Positions 1 to 8,379 of a DNA stretch of 64,000 bases are shown here, one piece after another. This DNA comes from Nitrososphaerota archaeon (lineage in GTDB: Archaea; Thermoproteota; Nitrososphaeria_A; Caldarchaeales; Calditenuaceae), in assembly GCA_041641295.1 (NCBI GenBank), contig JBEPYO010000001.1, positions 602,776-666,775 on the forward strand. Reading direction: 5' to 3'. The notes below the pieces were generated by a model. The model saw only the letters and a list, made by a program, of their open reading frames with translations, ran no database searches and was not told where the DNA came from. How positions within the stretch are numbered: the first letter of the stretch is position 1; each line of letters begins with the position of its first letter. The translations under genes and the position numbers were made by a program.

Positions 1-745
1 GGTTGTATCCACGCGCCTTTGCGAAGAGCTGCCCAAGGATCCCTCCAGTCAATACTGCATGGATGCTCTCTGGCCTCTCTTTCAAGAAGCGCTGAAGCAC
101 CTTTACACACTCTACTGGCTTGTTACCTCCTAAGGTGAAGACGATCTTACTGGTTAGGGCGACCATCTTGTTGAGGGCGGAGAGCTCCCTCTCCATAACC
201 CTTCCCGCGTAGGTTGGAAGAAGTGCCGCGAGACCGACGATGGAGGAGTGGGAGCGGTGGGCTACGGAAAACGCGTCTAGGACGAAGATGTCCAGGTGGG
301 GGGCCAGCGTCCGCGGAAGCGTGCTATTAGCATGCTCCTCGGGGGTCTTCTCAACGTCCTCGTCCTCTAGCCGCCTCACGTTGTCCAGTAGTATGGCCTC
401 GCCCTTAGAGAGACCCTTAATCGCGTTTATCGCCTCGGCCCCAACGACATCGGGGATAAACCTTACTTCCTTACCCACAAGGCTTGAGAGTATCTCGGCG
501 TGCTGTCTCAGGTCTGTGAAGTCTGGGTCTCCGCGCCTGCCCTGGTGGGCGAGTATTACCAGTTTCGCACCTCTCTCCATCAGCTCCTTGACTGTTAGCG
601 AGTGGGCCCTGAAACGCTCGTTGAGCTGTATCTTCCCTGTCTGGGGGTCGATGGTGGAGTTGAGGTCCACTCTGAGGGCTACGCGCTTTCCAACTACGTC
701 CACTTGGTCTAGTGTCCTGTACTTAATTTCACCTTGCCCTGCCAC
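1..745 (-). CDS. pgk: Phosphoglycerate kinase, 3'-truncated at the window edge. A GTG start at 745 would overlap the gap stop by 17 nt.
   Basis: The minus-strand translation reads ...VDLNSTIDPQTGKI...ILAHQGRRGDPDF...EEHANSTLPRTLAPHLDIFVLDAFSVAHRSHSSIVGL..., which matches the PGK N-domain and the AHRxHxS signature. The frame is open from 757 downward. The only canonical in-frame start is GTG at 745-743. The + ORF 240..767 is its shadow. Confidence 0.85.
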   Translation of the reverse strand, partial: MAGQGEIKYRTLDQVDVVGKRVALRVDLNSTIDPQTGKIQLNERFRAHSLTVKELMERGAKLVILAHQGRRGDPDFTDLRQHAEILSSLVGKEVRFIPDVVGAEAINAIKGLSKGEAILLDNVRRLEDEDVEKTPEEHANSTLPRTLAPHLDIFVLDAFSVAHRSHSSIVGLAALLPTYAGRVMERELSALNKMVALTSKIVFTLGGNKPVECVKVLQRFLKERPESIHAVLTGGILGQLFAKARGYN

Positions 746-1766
746 GCCCCGACACCATCAGGACTAGGTCAACGAGCCTGTTGCTGTAGCCCCACTCGTT
801 ATCATACCATCCAAAGACCTTGACGAAGTCGCTCTTATCGCCCAAGACAAGTGTCTGGGTGGCGTCGAAGATGCATGAGTGCGGGTTACCTATAATATCG
901 ACGGATACTATGGGGTCCTCTGTGTATTCAACGATGCCCTTCATCCTACCCATGGCCTCCTCCTTGAACACTTGGTTGACCTCCTCGACCGTTACTTGCC
1001 TCTCGAGAACGGCTGAGAGGTCTGTGAGCGACCCGTTCGGTACTGGAACCCTCATGGCAATTCCGTGAAGCTTGCCCTTTACTTCGGGTATGACTTGGTG
1101 GAGGGCGGAGGCTGCTCCTGTAGTGGTGGGGATTATCGATGTGGCTGCTGCCCTAGCCCTTCTCAGGTCTCTGTGGTAGAGGTCTAGGAGCCGCTGGTCG
1201 TTCGTGTACGCGTGGATGGTTGTCATGAAGCCTTTAACCAGTCCGAAGTTGTCGAGCAATATCTTCACCATTGGTGCTAGGCAGTTTGTGGTGCAGGAGG
1301 CACCCGAGATGACGACGTGCTTCGACAGGTCTAGGGCTTGGTCATTCACACCCGGCACTATCGTTACGTCCGCATCGCTGGAGGGGGCCGAGATGATGAC
1401 CTTCTTAACACCATGCTCGAGGTGGCCTGCGGCGTCCTTCCTCTTAGTGAATAGACCGGTCGACTCTACAACCACGTCTACTCCCACCTTATCCCACGGT
1501 ATTTCTGACGGCTTAGAGACAGAGAAGTAGGCGAACTCCCGATTCCCAATCCTGATACCTCCACTCTCGGTTACCTTTACCTCCTCACCCAGCCGGCCGT
1601 GAACAGAGTCGTACTTGATCAGGTGGGCGGTGGTTTTAGCGTCCGCAATATCGTTAAAAGCCACAACCTCGAAAGCCTTTCCATAGAGCGAGTCTTTGAG
1701 GGCGGCGCGGAGGAATAGCCTTCCAATACGCCCCATACCGTTTATTCCGACTCTAACAGGAGCCAC
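729..1766 (-). CDS. gap: Glyceraldehyde-3-phosphate dehydrogenase, archaeal type. The listed ORF runs to 1898; the probable start is GTG at 1766.
   Basis: The NAD-binding motif VRVGINGMGRIGR lies at the N-terminus. Length and overall sequence fit archaeal phosphorylating GAPDH. A TATA-like TTATATTA sits upstream of the GTG at 1766. Confidence 0.85.
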   Translation of the reverse strand: MAPVRVGINGMGRIGRLFLRAALKDSLYGKAFEVVAFNDIADAKTTAHLIKYDSVHGRLGEEVKVTESGGIRIGNREFAYFSVSKPSEIPWDKVGVDVVVESTGLFTKRKDAAGHLEHGVKKVIISAPSSDADVTIVPGVNDQALDLSKHVVISGASCTTNCLAPMVKILLDNFGLVKGFMTTIHAYTNDQRLLDLYHRDLRRARAAATSIIPTTTGAASALHQVIPEVKGKLHGIAMRVPVPNGSLTDLSAVLERQVTVEEVNQVFKEEAMGRMKGIVEYTEDPIVSVDIIGNPHSCIFDATQTLVLGDKSDFVKVFGWYDNEWGYSNRLVDLVLMVSGRGRAR

Positions 1767-1880
1767 GCCTATACAATATGGGTTGTAATATAAGTATGTG
1801 GGGGGCTGAGTGAATATATCTGCGTGGACTTGTATGTTGGGCGTGCTGCGCATTGGAGGGCGGGGAGAATAACTTAAATA
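1767..1880. promoter_or_regulatory. Divergent promoter region shared by gap (minus) and leuA/cimA (plus)
   Basis: AT-rich stretch. TTAAATAT lies about 28 nt upstream of ATG 1881. The reverse strand has TTATATTA upstream of the gap GTG. Both are typical leaderless archaeal TATA spacing. Confidence 0.5.
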
Positions 1881-3497
1881 TTGGCTGGCCTTCAGCATGT
1901 GGCAAGGGGTGTCTCAATCGATTACGTCGAGCTTCTCGATACGACGCTTCGGGACGGCGCCCAGACTAGAGGCGTCTCTCTAAGCCTAAGGGACAAGCTG
2001 AGAATAGCTGAGAAGCTTGACGAACTCGGTATAGACATTATAGAGGCCGGCTGGCCGGGTGCGAATCCAAAGGACTCAGAGTTTTATAAGGCCGTTAAGA
2101 ACGTGTCATTCACGCACAGTAAGCTCGCCGTCTTCGGGAGCACCAAACACAAGAACTCGAGGGTTGACCAAGACCCTATGCTCAAAAGCCTAGTCGAGGC
2201 AGATGTCCCCTACGCCGTCGTGTTCGGTAAGAGCTGGCTACTCCACGTTAGGGAGGTCCTGAGGGCCACGCCAGAAGAGAATCTGGAGATGATCGAGGAG
2301 ACGATAAGCTATCTCAAGGCCCATGGGATGAGGGTGATCTTCGACGCAGAGCACTTCTTCGACGGGTGGAAGGACTCGCCCGACTACGCCCTCTCGGTCC
2401 TGAAGGTGGCCAGCGAGGCTGGGGCGGAGACGCTGGTGCTATGCGACACGAACGGCGGCACCCTACCATCCGAGCTACTAGGCATCGTCAAGAAGGTGAG
2501 GTCCGAGATTAACGCCCGCCTCGGGATACACGCCCATAACGATGCGGGCTGCGCAACCGCAAACAGTCTAGCAGCAGTGGAGGCTGGTGTGCGACATGTC
2601 CAAGGCACATTCATCGGGCTGGGGGAGAGGTGTGGCAACGCAGACTTGGCCCAGATTATACCGGCTCTAAGGCTCAAGATGGGGTTCAAGGTGCTCAAGG
2701 ACGGAGACGTGGAGAGGTTGAAGAAGCTCACCGAGGTTGCAAGGTTCATAGCCGGTGTGACCGGATTCCACCTAGCACCCAACCACCCCTACGTCGGGAG
2801 AAACGCCTTCGCCCATAAAGGGGGAGTCCACATAGACGCCATAATCAAGCACCCGAGAACATACGAGCACATCGACCCCTCGCTCGTCGGAAACGAGAGG
2901 GTCCTCTCCATCTCGGAGCAGGCCGGGAGGTCAGCGCTCATGGACCTGGCCAGACGCATAGGCCTGAACCTCTCTAAGGAGGAGCTGAAGGCGGCGACAG
3001 AGGAGGTAAAGAGGATGGAGTCGCTTGGATACCACTTGGAGCCGGCCGAGGCCACCGTAATCCTCCTCATCCTAAAGCACATAGGCATGTACAGGGAGCT
3101 CTTCGAAGTCAAGAACTGGTGGGTCGAGTCAGTCAACATAGGCAGGAAGATATCCAGAGCCATAGTAACAATATCTGTAAATGGCGACATAGTTACGGCG
3201 ATGGGCGAGGGGGTAGGGCCTGTGCACGCGCTGGACGAGGCTGTCAGGAGCGGAATCTCATCAAGGTTTCCAGCCCTAAGGGACGTCAGCCTCACCGACT
3301 ACAAGGTCCACGTAGTCGACAGCAAGGAGGGGACAGCAGCCTATGTCAGAGTCTTCACAGAGTTTACATGGAGGGAGAGAAGCTGGGTAACAACCAGCGT
3401 CTCCAACAACATAATCGAGGCAAGCCTCTCAGCAATAATCGACGGCTATAGATATCTGCTACTAGCTCTAGAGCCGGGACTATTAAACAACAGATAA
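1881..3497 (+). CDS. leuA: 2-Isopropylmalate synthase or (R)-citramalate synthase, LeuA/CimA family
   Basis: LLDTTLRDGAQ, HAHNDAGCATAN and the C-terminal regulatory domain are present. The protein is 538 aa. Confidence 0.85.
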   Translation: MAGLQHVARGVSIDYVELLDTTLRDGAQTRGVSLSLRDKLRIAEKLDELGIDIIEAGWPGANPKDSEFYKAVKNVSFTHSKLAVFGSTKHKNSRVDQDPMLKSLVEADVPYAVVFGKSWLLHVREVLRATPEENLEMIEETISYLKAHGMRVIFDAEHFFDGWKDSPDYALSVLKVASEAGAETLVLCDTNGGTLPSELLGIVKKVRSEINARLGIHAHNDAGCATANSLAAVEAGVRHVQGTFIGLGERCGNADLAQIIPALRLKMGFKVLKDGDVERLKKLTEVARFIAGVTGFHLAPNHPYVGRNAFAHKGGVHIDAIIKHPRTYEHIDPSLVGNERVLSISEQAGRSALMDLARRIGLNLSKEELKAATEEVKRMESLGYHLEPAEATVILLILKHIGMYRELFEVKNWWVESVNIGRKISRAIVTISVNGDIVTAMGEGVGPVHALDEAVRSGISSRFPALRDVSLTDYKVHVVDSKEGTAAYVRVFTEFTWRERSWVTTSVSNNIIEASLSAIIDGYRYLLLALEPGLLNNR

Positions 3498-3529
3498 TAA
3501 AATAAAAAAGTCTTTGTGGTTGGGATGCT

Positions 3530-4372
3530 TTAGCTTATCGGCTCGAATACATACGTAATGTCAACCGTCACCGTGTATGTTATCTCGCCACTCATTATTG
3601 GTGGTCCGCCAGCACCCTGCCCAGCTACGACCCCGACCTCCGCCCTCGCCATAGGTATGATTCCACCCCCATCTTCAGAGAACAAGACCTGGACCTGCCT
3701 GATTTCTTTAATTCTCATATTTAGGTACTCGGCAATCTTCGAGGCCTTGGCCGTTGCGTCGGCGAACGCCATCTGTAGAGCAGAGTCTCTTAGATTCTTT
3801 CTTGTCTCATCCTTCAGGTCAAACCACGCACCTTGGAAGTTGGTTGCTCCAGCCTGGATGGCGTCGTTAATGATTTTAGGGGCCTCCGATATCAGGCTGT
3901 CCTCGAGCGTCACGGTCACTAGGTTGATGGCGACGTATCCCTCTTGGCGGCATCCGTCTTTGTCGCATATCCAGTTGGGGTTTATCGCTACGTACGATGT
4001 CTTGATGTTCTTCTCATCAACTCCGTTCGCGAGAAGTGAGGCGACGACCCTTCCAGCCACCTCGCTGTTCAGGTTGGAGGCCTCCAACGGTGTTGCGCCT
4101 CGGGTCTCTACTCCGAGCATGAAACTCATCCTGTCCGGCTTTAGCTTGACAGTTCCTATACCCCTGATAGGAACACGAACGCCGGCGACCTCTCCATCTC
4201 CCCCACCATCTCCAGTCTGCAGTGTATACGGAACGCTACTCGCACTGCCTAGCATATTCATCGCGTAGAGGGATGCAGCCAAGACAGCAGCTATCGCCAC
4301 CACTGAGACAGTCAAAGCATATACTGTAGGAATCTCACCCTTGATCCTCCTTATGCCGCTCATGGCTAACAT
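3530..4372 (-). CDS. SIMPL-domain (DUF541) protein with an N-terminal membrane anchor
   Basis: N-terminal TM helix, a Gly-rich linker and a SIMPL/26 kDa periplasmic immunogenic protein-like fold pattern. Confidence 0.6.
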   Translation of the reverse strand: MLAMSGIRRIKGEIPTVYALTVSVVAIAAVLAASLYAMNMLGSASSVPYTLQTGDGGGDGEVAGVRVPIRGIGTVKLKPDRMSFMLGVETRGATPLEASNLNSEVAGRVVASLLANGVDEKNIKTSYVAINPNWICDKDGCRQEGYVAINLVTVTLEDSLISEAPKIINDAIQAGATNFQGAWFDLKDETRKNLRDSALQMAFADATAKASKIAEYLNMRIKEIRQVQVLFSEDGGGIIPMARAEVGVVAGQGAGGPPIMSGEITYTVTVDITYVFEPIS

Positions 4373-4765
4373 GTACCCCCGGACTATATATGTGCCTATG
4401 CCCTATACCCGCGGAGCCCCCAACACCCACACGTCTAAGCTAAATGTGGCTTCGAAGAATCTCTTGGAAACGAGGTTGCTGGAGACACCACTGCTAAACC
4501 TTCCCCCACCCATAGTATAATTTCGAGACCCTTACATTAGTTTAGGTGTCTCAAAGCTTATACGTGGGAGAGTATAAAGCGTGTTACATTAGTGTGTGGT
4601 AGGTGTTAACAGCTGACAATAGAGCAGATAAATACTTGGGAATATGGTGCTAGGCTCATAATAGATGGTGGAATTCCGTACTCCCTACCAGGCAAGGCTG
4701 CTGGGCTGTCGAGAGAGGTTGGAAGAAGTGATCAACGACTATCACCTGAGCTGAAGGATAAGCTT
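4373..4765. other. AT-rich non-coding leader preceding HTH-LAGLIDADG gene 1. Its last ~90 nt are in-frame with and homologous to the N-terminus of paralog 2.
   Basis: Marked GC drop with no ORF of 60 aa or more. The in-frame upstream translation ...PGKAAGLSREVGRSDQRLSPELKDKLMEALE aligns to paralog 2 ...TGKGLGRVRQRMTPEEKKKLMDVLK, but it is closed by TAA at 4607-4609 and has no canonical start. Confidence 0.5.
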
Positions 4766-5926
4766 ATGGAAGCTCTGGAGATTGGGATCCGGAGCGGATT
4801 TAGCTATCATAATGTCTGGAGGATGCTGCGTGGTAGTGGAGTAGAAGTATCGAGGTCTACTGTCAGGAGATATTACTACAAGAGATTTCCTGAGAGGTTG
4901 GGGAAGAGAGGGCCGTGCCTCGACAGGTCTATTAGGATTAAGGTTTTCGGCGAGGTCAAAAGGCTGCGGGGATTGGGACATTCGTACAACAAGATCATAA
5001 GGGAGATAGAAGAGGTGTACGGAGTCCGGCTAAGCAAGTCGCAGGTCAGTGAGTGGTTGAGAGGGATACATAACCCATTCAATGGGTGTAGGATACCGTC
5101 CATAGACTTCCTAGAGAAGACCCCAGAACTCGCATACGTTATAGGGGTTGTCTCTGGCGACGGATGGGCTGTTAGAAAAAGAAAAGGCGATGCTAGGATA
5201 GGGGGCATGGTCAAAGACAGGGAGTTCATAGAAGAATTCTCGAGATGCTTGGGACAGGTTCTTAATAGGTATCCGCCGAAGCCTGCACCAATAGGAAACG
5301 GGTTCTTCCGAGTAATTGTTCAATCAAAGGCTCTCTACGACCTGCTTCGGAAGCCTATCGACATAGAGGTGATAAGACCATTCGTGGAGCATTGTGAAGA
5401 GTGTATGAAGAGCTTTTTGAGAGGATTCTTCGACAGCGAAGGCTCAGTAAGTAGTTATGGCTCTATTACATGCGTCAACACTGACGAAAGACTCATCAAC
5501 TATGTTAAGATGCTTCTAAATAATCTAGGCATCAAAACAACTGGGCCACATCTTCAGATGAAGAGAGGAACACCATTCTTCAGCAAGAAGAGGGGCAAGA
5601 CCTACCGGACAAGAAAGGACGCCTATAGCCTCTACATCAGGACATGCAGCAGGCTAAAATTCTACGAGCTAGTAGGCTTCACAATCAAGAAAAGGCAGCA
5701 AAGATTAGAAGAATACCTGAGGAGACTAGGACGCCTAAACATGCCACCCAGCCAAACCTCCCCCCAAACACTATCCTCAACTCCCATCTCAACCTCCCAC
5801 TCACAATATAGAATATCCGGAATGGCCGCGGGTGGGACTCGAACCCACGATCGCCGGGTCCACAGCCCGGAGTGTTACCAGCTACACCACCGCGGCCACC
5901 GCTACGAGTTCGCAGATTTCAGGTAA
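4766..5926 (+). CDS. HTH-LAGLIDADG homing-endonuclease-like protein, paralog 1. The C-terminal ~50 aa read through the antisense of tRNA-His.
   Basis: Two LAGLIDADG motifs (PELAYVIGVVSGDGWAV and FLRGFFDSEGSVSS) with N-terminal tandem HTH-like segments. It is about 45% identical by eye to ORF 14491..15651. The homologous core ends near 5770; the tail SGMAAGGTRTHDRRVHSPECYQLHH is antisense tRNA. Confidence 0.75.
   Translation: MEALEIGIRSGFSYHNVWRMLRGSGVEVSRSTVRRYYYKRFPERLGKRGPCLDRSIRIKVFGEVKRLRGLGHSYNKIIREIEEVYGVRLSKSQVSEWLRGIHNPFNGCRIPSIDFLEKTPELAYVIGVVSGDGWAVRKRKGDARIGGMVKDREFIEEFSRCLGQVLNRYPPKPAPIGNGFFRVIVQSKALYDLLRKPIDIEVIRPFVEHCEECMKSFLRGFFDSEGSVSSYGSITCVNTDERLINYVKMLLNNLGIKTTGPHLQMKRGTPFFSKKRGKTYRTRKDAYSLYIRTCSRLKFYELVGFTIKKRQQRLEEYLRRLGRLNMPPSQTSPQTLSSTPISTSHSQYRISGMAAGGTRTHDRRVHSPECYQLHHRGHRYEFADFR
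5824..5897 (-). tRNA. tRNA-His (GUG) with a genomically encoded G-1
   Basis: Hand-folded cloverleaf. G-1 pairs with C73. The acceptor is GCCGCGG/CCGCGGC, the D-stem GUGU/ACAC, the anticodon loop CUGUGGA and the T-arm GUGGG-UUCGAGU-CCCAC. No CCA is encoded. Confidence 0.85.
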
Positions 5927-5953
5927 TATATTTGAGGGTGCCGGGTCTTAGAT

Positions 5954-6274
5954 TTAGGCGTATTCCCGCCAAGTGTAGCCGCACTTAGTGCATCTGAAGA
6001 ACTGTGTCATGGGCTCGTCGGCGGATCTTGTCTGGACGCTCCACCAGTAGGCTTCCTGGTTTCCACACTGTGGGCACTGTACGTCGCCGGTCTTCGGCAG
6101 CACCTCCTTCTCAACATCATCGACTATCACTGTTTTCCGCGGCTTCCTCTGTTTGTGGGTGATGATGTCGCCTGTAGGCTTCTTCACATACCCACACTTT
6201 CTACAGACCAGTACTACGCTGTTTGACTTCCGCTCAGTGATTAGGACTGCGTCGCAGCGTGGGCAGAACTCCAT
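5954..6274 (-). CDS. tfs: Transcription factor S / RNA polymerase subunit M (TFIIS-type zinc ribbon)
   Basis: N-terminal CxxC...CxxC and a C-terminal zinc ribbon with QTRSADEPMTQFFRCTKCG. Confidence 0.9.
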   Translation of the reverse strand: MEFCPRCDAVLITERKSNSVVLVCRKCGYVKKPTGDIITHKQRKPRKTVIVDDVEKEVLPKTGDVQCPQCGNQEAYWWSVQTRSADEPMTQFFRCTKCGYTWREYA

Positions 6275-6355
6275 GCCTCATCCTCCACCTCTTACACCGA
6301 GAGAATAGCACCGCACGGTTATTTGATTAACCTTATTCAAGGCCACCCGCCTCTC

Positions 6356-6634
6356 CTATGATAGGAGCTGCTGTATCGACTCTCTCAACCCCTTCGCCCT
6401 TGAGGAGAGTTCGCGTACGCCCTTCAGCAATACGTCGGCGGCTTTATGCCCCTCGCGAGTCCTAAGTATGAACCTTAACGTCCCGATTAGAGGGTGTGTT
6501 AGGGTGACGCCGGCGTATTCAACCTCCTCGAAAGAGTTGAGAACCTCCTGTAGCGAATCAAGGATGCTGAAGTCTATGTCTTTCAGCTCTAGCTCTAAGA
6601 CGTTTTCACCCCTCTCGATTACCTTGACCTCCAG
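6356..6634 (-). CDS. rpoL: DNA-directed RNA polymerase subunit L (Rpb11 homolog). No canonical start codon is present in frame.
   Basis: The minus-frame translation LEVKVIERGENVLELELKDIDFSILDSLQEVLNSFEEVEYAGVTLTHPLIGTLRFILRTREGH... matches RpoL. The frame is open only from 6676. The first in-frame ATG, GTG or TTG is near the C-terminus, so the gene is absent from the ORF track. Confidence 0.75.
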   Translation of the reverse strand: MEVKVIERGENVLELELKDIDFSILDSLQEVLNSFEEVEYAGVTLTHPLIGTLRFILRTREGHKAADVLLKGVRELSSRAKGLRESIQQLLS

Positions 6635-7239
6635 AGCAGACCACCACCCTCCGGTGAAAGCAACCCTCCAAACATCTTAAGGAGCGTATTAACCTTCCCG
6701 TAGTAGGGGACTATCGGCCTGTTAGTATATTTCCTCTTACACCTTGTGCAGAAGAGGGCTCTGCCACTCAGGGTCAGGGGGGCGCCGCATATATCGCAGA
6801 AAGCCTGGAAGACGCCAAGACCACGACCCCTAACCGTGAGGCTGTATATGCCAGAGTAGTCCTCCCGGATCCGCGCTACAATTATGTCTCCCACGGTGAA
6901 GAGTGGTGTTTCGCGGCGTTGTAGGGCTGCCGCTGTCCAGTGGGTCTTGACCGGGTGGCCGGCTGCAGCGAGTATGTCGCAGATAACTAGCTTGTCTTGG
7001 ACCTCTCTAACTTGGCAGAGGACGAGGTCTCCCGTCCTGATCTTTACCGAGGGCTTTGCGGCCTTGACAGAGACCGAGTGTCTCTTCAAGTCGTACTCCG
7101 CAACCCCAGCGACGGTTGCCACCACGGCCCCGTCTTTTAGGACCTCTGCACCCTCACCCGGCATGAACTCCTCCACTACGCAGAGCTTATCGCCTGGAAG
7201 GACTAGCCTGCCTGATGCTTGAAACCTCACTCCGAGCAT
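6619..7239 (-). CDS. csl4: Exosome complex RNA-binding protein Csl4 (S1 domain plus zinc ribbon)
   Basis: S1-like core and the C-terminal zinc ribbon CDICGAPLTLSGRALFCTRC. It is adjacent to rpoL, as in the archaeal exosome superoperon. Confidence 0.8.
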   Translation of the reverse strand: MLGVRFQASGRLVLPGDKLCVVEEFMPGEGAEVLKDGAVVATVAGVAEYDLKRHSVSVKAAKPSVKIRTGDLVLCQVREVQDKLVICDILAAAGHPVKTHWTAAALQRRETPLFTVGDIIVARIREDYSGIYSLTVRGRGLGVFQAFCDICGAPLTLSGRALFCTRCKRKYTNRPIVPYYGKVNTLLKMFGGLLSPEGGGLLWRSR

Positions 7240-7291
7240 AGACTGCTACGGGGAGTAGATAAAGTAGATGTTCCATCATGAGGGGTGTGAG

Positions 7292-7891
7292 ATGGGTGGG
7301 CGGGGGTTGATTGTGGCCATCGAAGGAATTGACGGCGCTGGGAAGACAACCCAGGCTAAGCGGCTTGTGAGATTTCTAAGGTCGAAGGGCGTGGCGGCAG
7401 AGTATACCTCGGAGCCGACCAGCTCCGCCCTCGGAAAGATGATTAAGTCCTACTTGAGGCGGGGAGGAGTGGACCCCCACCTGCTGGCCCTCCTCTTCGC
7501 AGCAGACAGAGTCTACCATCTAAACAAAACTGTCAACCCATTGCTGGAGAGGGGCCGCGTAGTGGTTTGTGACAGATACCTTTACTCGTCCTATGCTTAT
7601 CAGGGCGTGATGACCGGCCATCCCCTTTGGGTCAGGGAGATTAACAGGATGGCCCCACCACCAGATATCGCTGTCCTGCTGGACATCAGCGTTGAAGAAG
7701 CCCTTAGGAGGAAGAAGAGGAGGATAAGGTTCGAGGACCCGGCCTTCCTAGAGGAGGTTAGGAGGGAGTATCTTAGACTGTGCGAGGCTGGGTTGATGGT
7801 AAAGGTAGACGCCGGAGGTGGGGTAGACGCAGTCTTCGTCGAGCTGGTGCGGGTTGTTTCGCCGCGGCTTGGCCTGAGTCCTAGCGCATGA
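7292..7891 (+). CDS. tmk: Thymidylate kinase. The listed ORF starts at 7268; the ATG at 7292 gives a typical N-terminus.
   Basis: P-loop IEGIDGAGKTT and the DRY motif (CDRYLYSSYAYQG). Confidence 0.85.
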   Translation: MGGRGLIVAIEGIDGAGKTTQAKRLVRFLRSKGVAAEYTSEPTSSALGKMIKSYLRRGGVDPHLLALLFAADRVYHLNKTVNPLLERGRVVVCDRYLYSSYAYQGVMTGHPLWVREINRMAPPPDIAVLLDISVEEALRRKKRRIRFEDPAFLEEVRREYLRLCEAGLMVKVDAGGGVDAVFVELVRVVSPRLGLSPSA

Positions 7892-7908
7892 GGGATGCTC
7901 CGTGACTG

Positions 7909-8379
7909 TTATTCTTCACTGCTTCGCAGCATCTTCTTAATCTCCGAGGCCACCGATATGCATGCCTTCTCCACACTTTCAGAGAGGCCTGAGCCCTGCT
8001 CAAATCGCTCACCCTCTATGCCGTAGACAAGTATCCTAGCTGGGAGCATCCTGAGGGAGTCAGCCAAGCCGATAATCTCCGGCAAAGTCATGGTGTGTGT
8101 CGACCTCCACGCAGCCGTCTTTGATAGTTTGTCCGTCGAGTCGAGCCTGTGGATGGTTCCTCCACCAGAGAATTTCTCCATGGCATCGACTATGACCAAG
8201 AGGTCTATGTCGCCTGTCAGGTGGTCTAGAAGCTCGGTGAGCGTCTGAAGCCTGATAACCTCTGCACCAGCCTCTCCCGAGAGCAGGTCGGCGACCCTAT
8301 GCCCAGCCCCATCATCACCCCTAAACGTGTTGCCGATACACGCCACCATTACGCGTCTTCTGCGGCTACTCTTCCTCAA
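7909..8379 (-). CDS. hycI: Hydrogenase maturation endopeptidase (HycI/HyaD family)
   Basis: [15 protein letters not shown] motif, 156 aa. It lies immediately downstream of the hydrogenase large subunit with a 14-nt overlap. Confidence 0.8.
   Translation of the reverse strand: MRKSSRRRRVMVACIGNTFRGDDGAGHRVADLLSGEAGAEVIRLQTLTELLDHLTGDIDLLVIVDAMEKFSGGGTIHRLDSTDKLSKTAAWRSTHTMTLPEIIGLADSLRMLPARILVYGIEGERFEQGSGLSESVEKACISVASEIKKMLRSSEE

Noticed and set aside
240-767. 175-aa plus-strand ORF (MEEWERWATENAS...)
   Set aside because: Low-complexity Ser/Leu-rich translation. It lies exactly antisense to a well-supported pgk reading frame, so it is a shadow ORF.
2384-3451. Several 60-170-aa ORFs inside and antisense to leuA
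   Set aside because: They are embedded within a strongly supported 538-aa gene, which is typical of high-GC antisense open frames.
3558-4268. 236-aa plus-strand ORF antisense to the SIMPL gene
   Set aside because: Pro/Ser/Thr-rich low-complexity shadow of the minus-strand gene.
4373-5926. Interpretation of the tRNA-adjacent elements as integrase-mediated integrated plasmids or viruses
   Set aside because: No integrase (intact or partitioned int(N)/int(C)) and no direct repeat of the tRNA 3' end were found at either locus; the loci are only ~1.5 kb.
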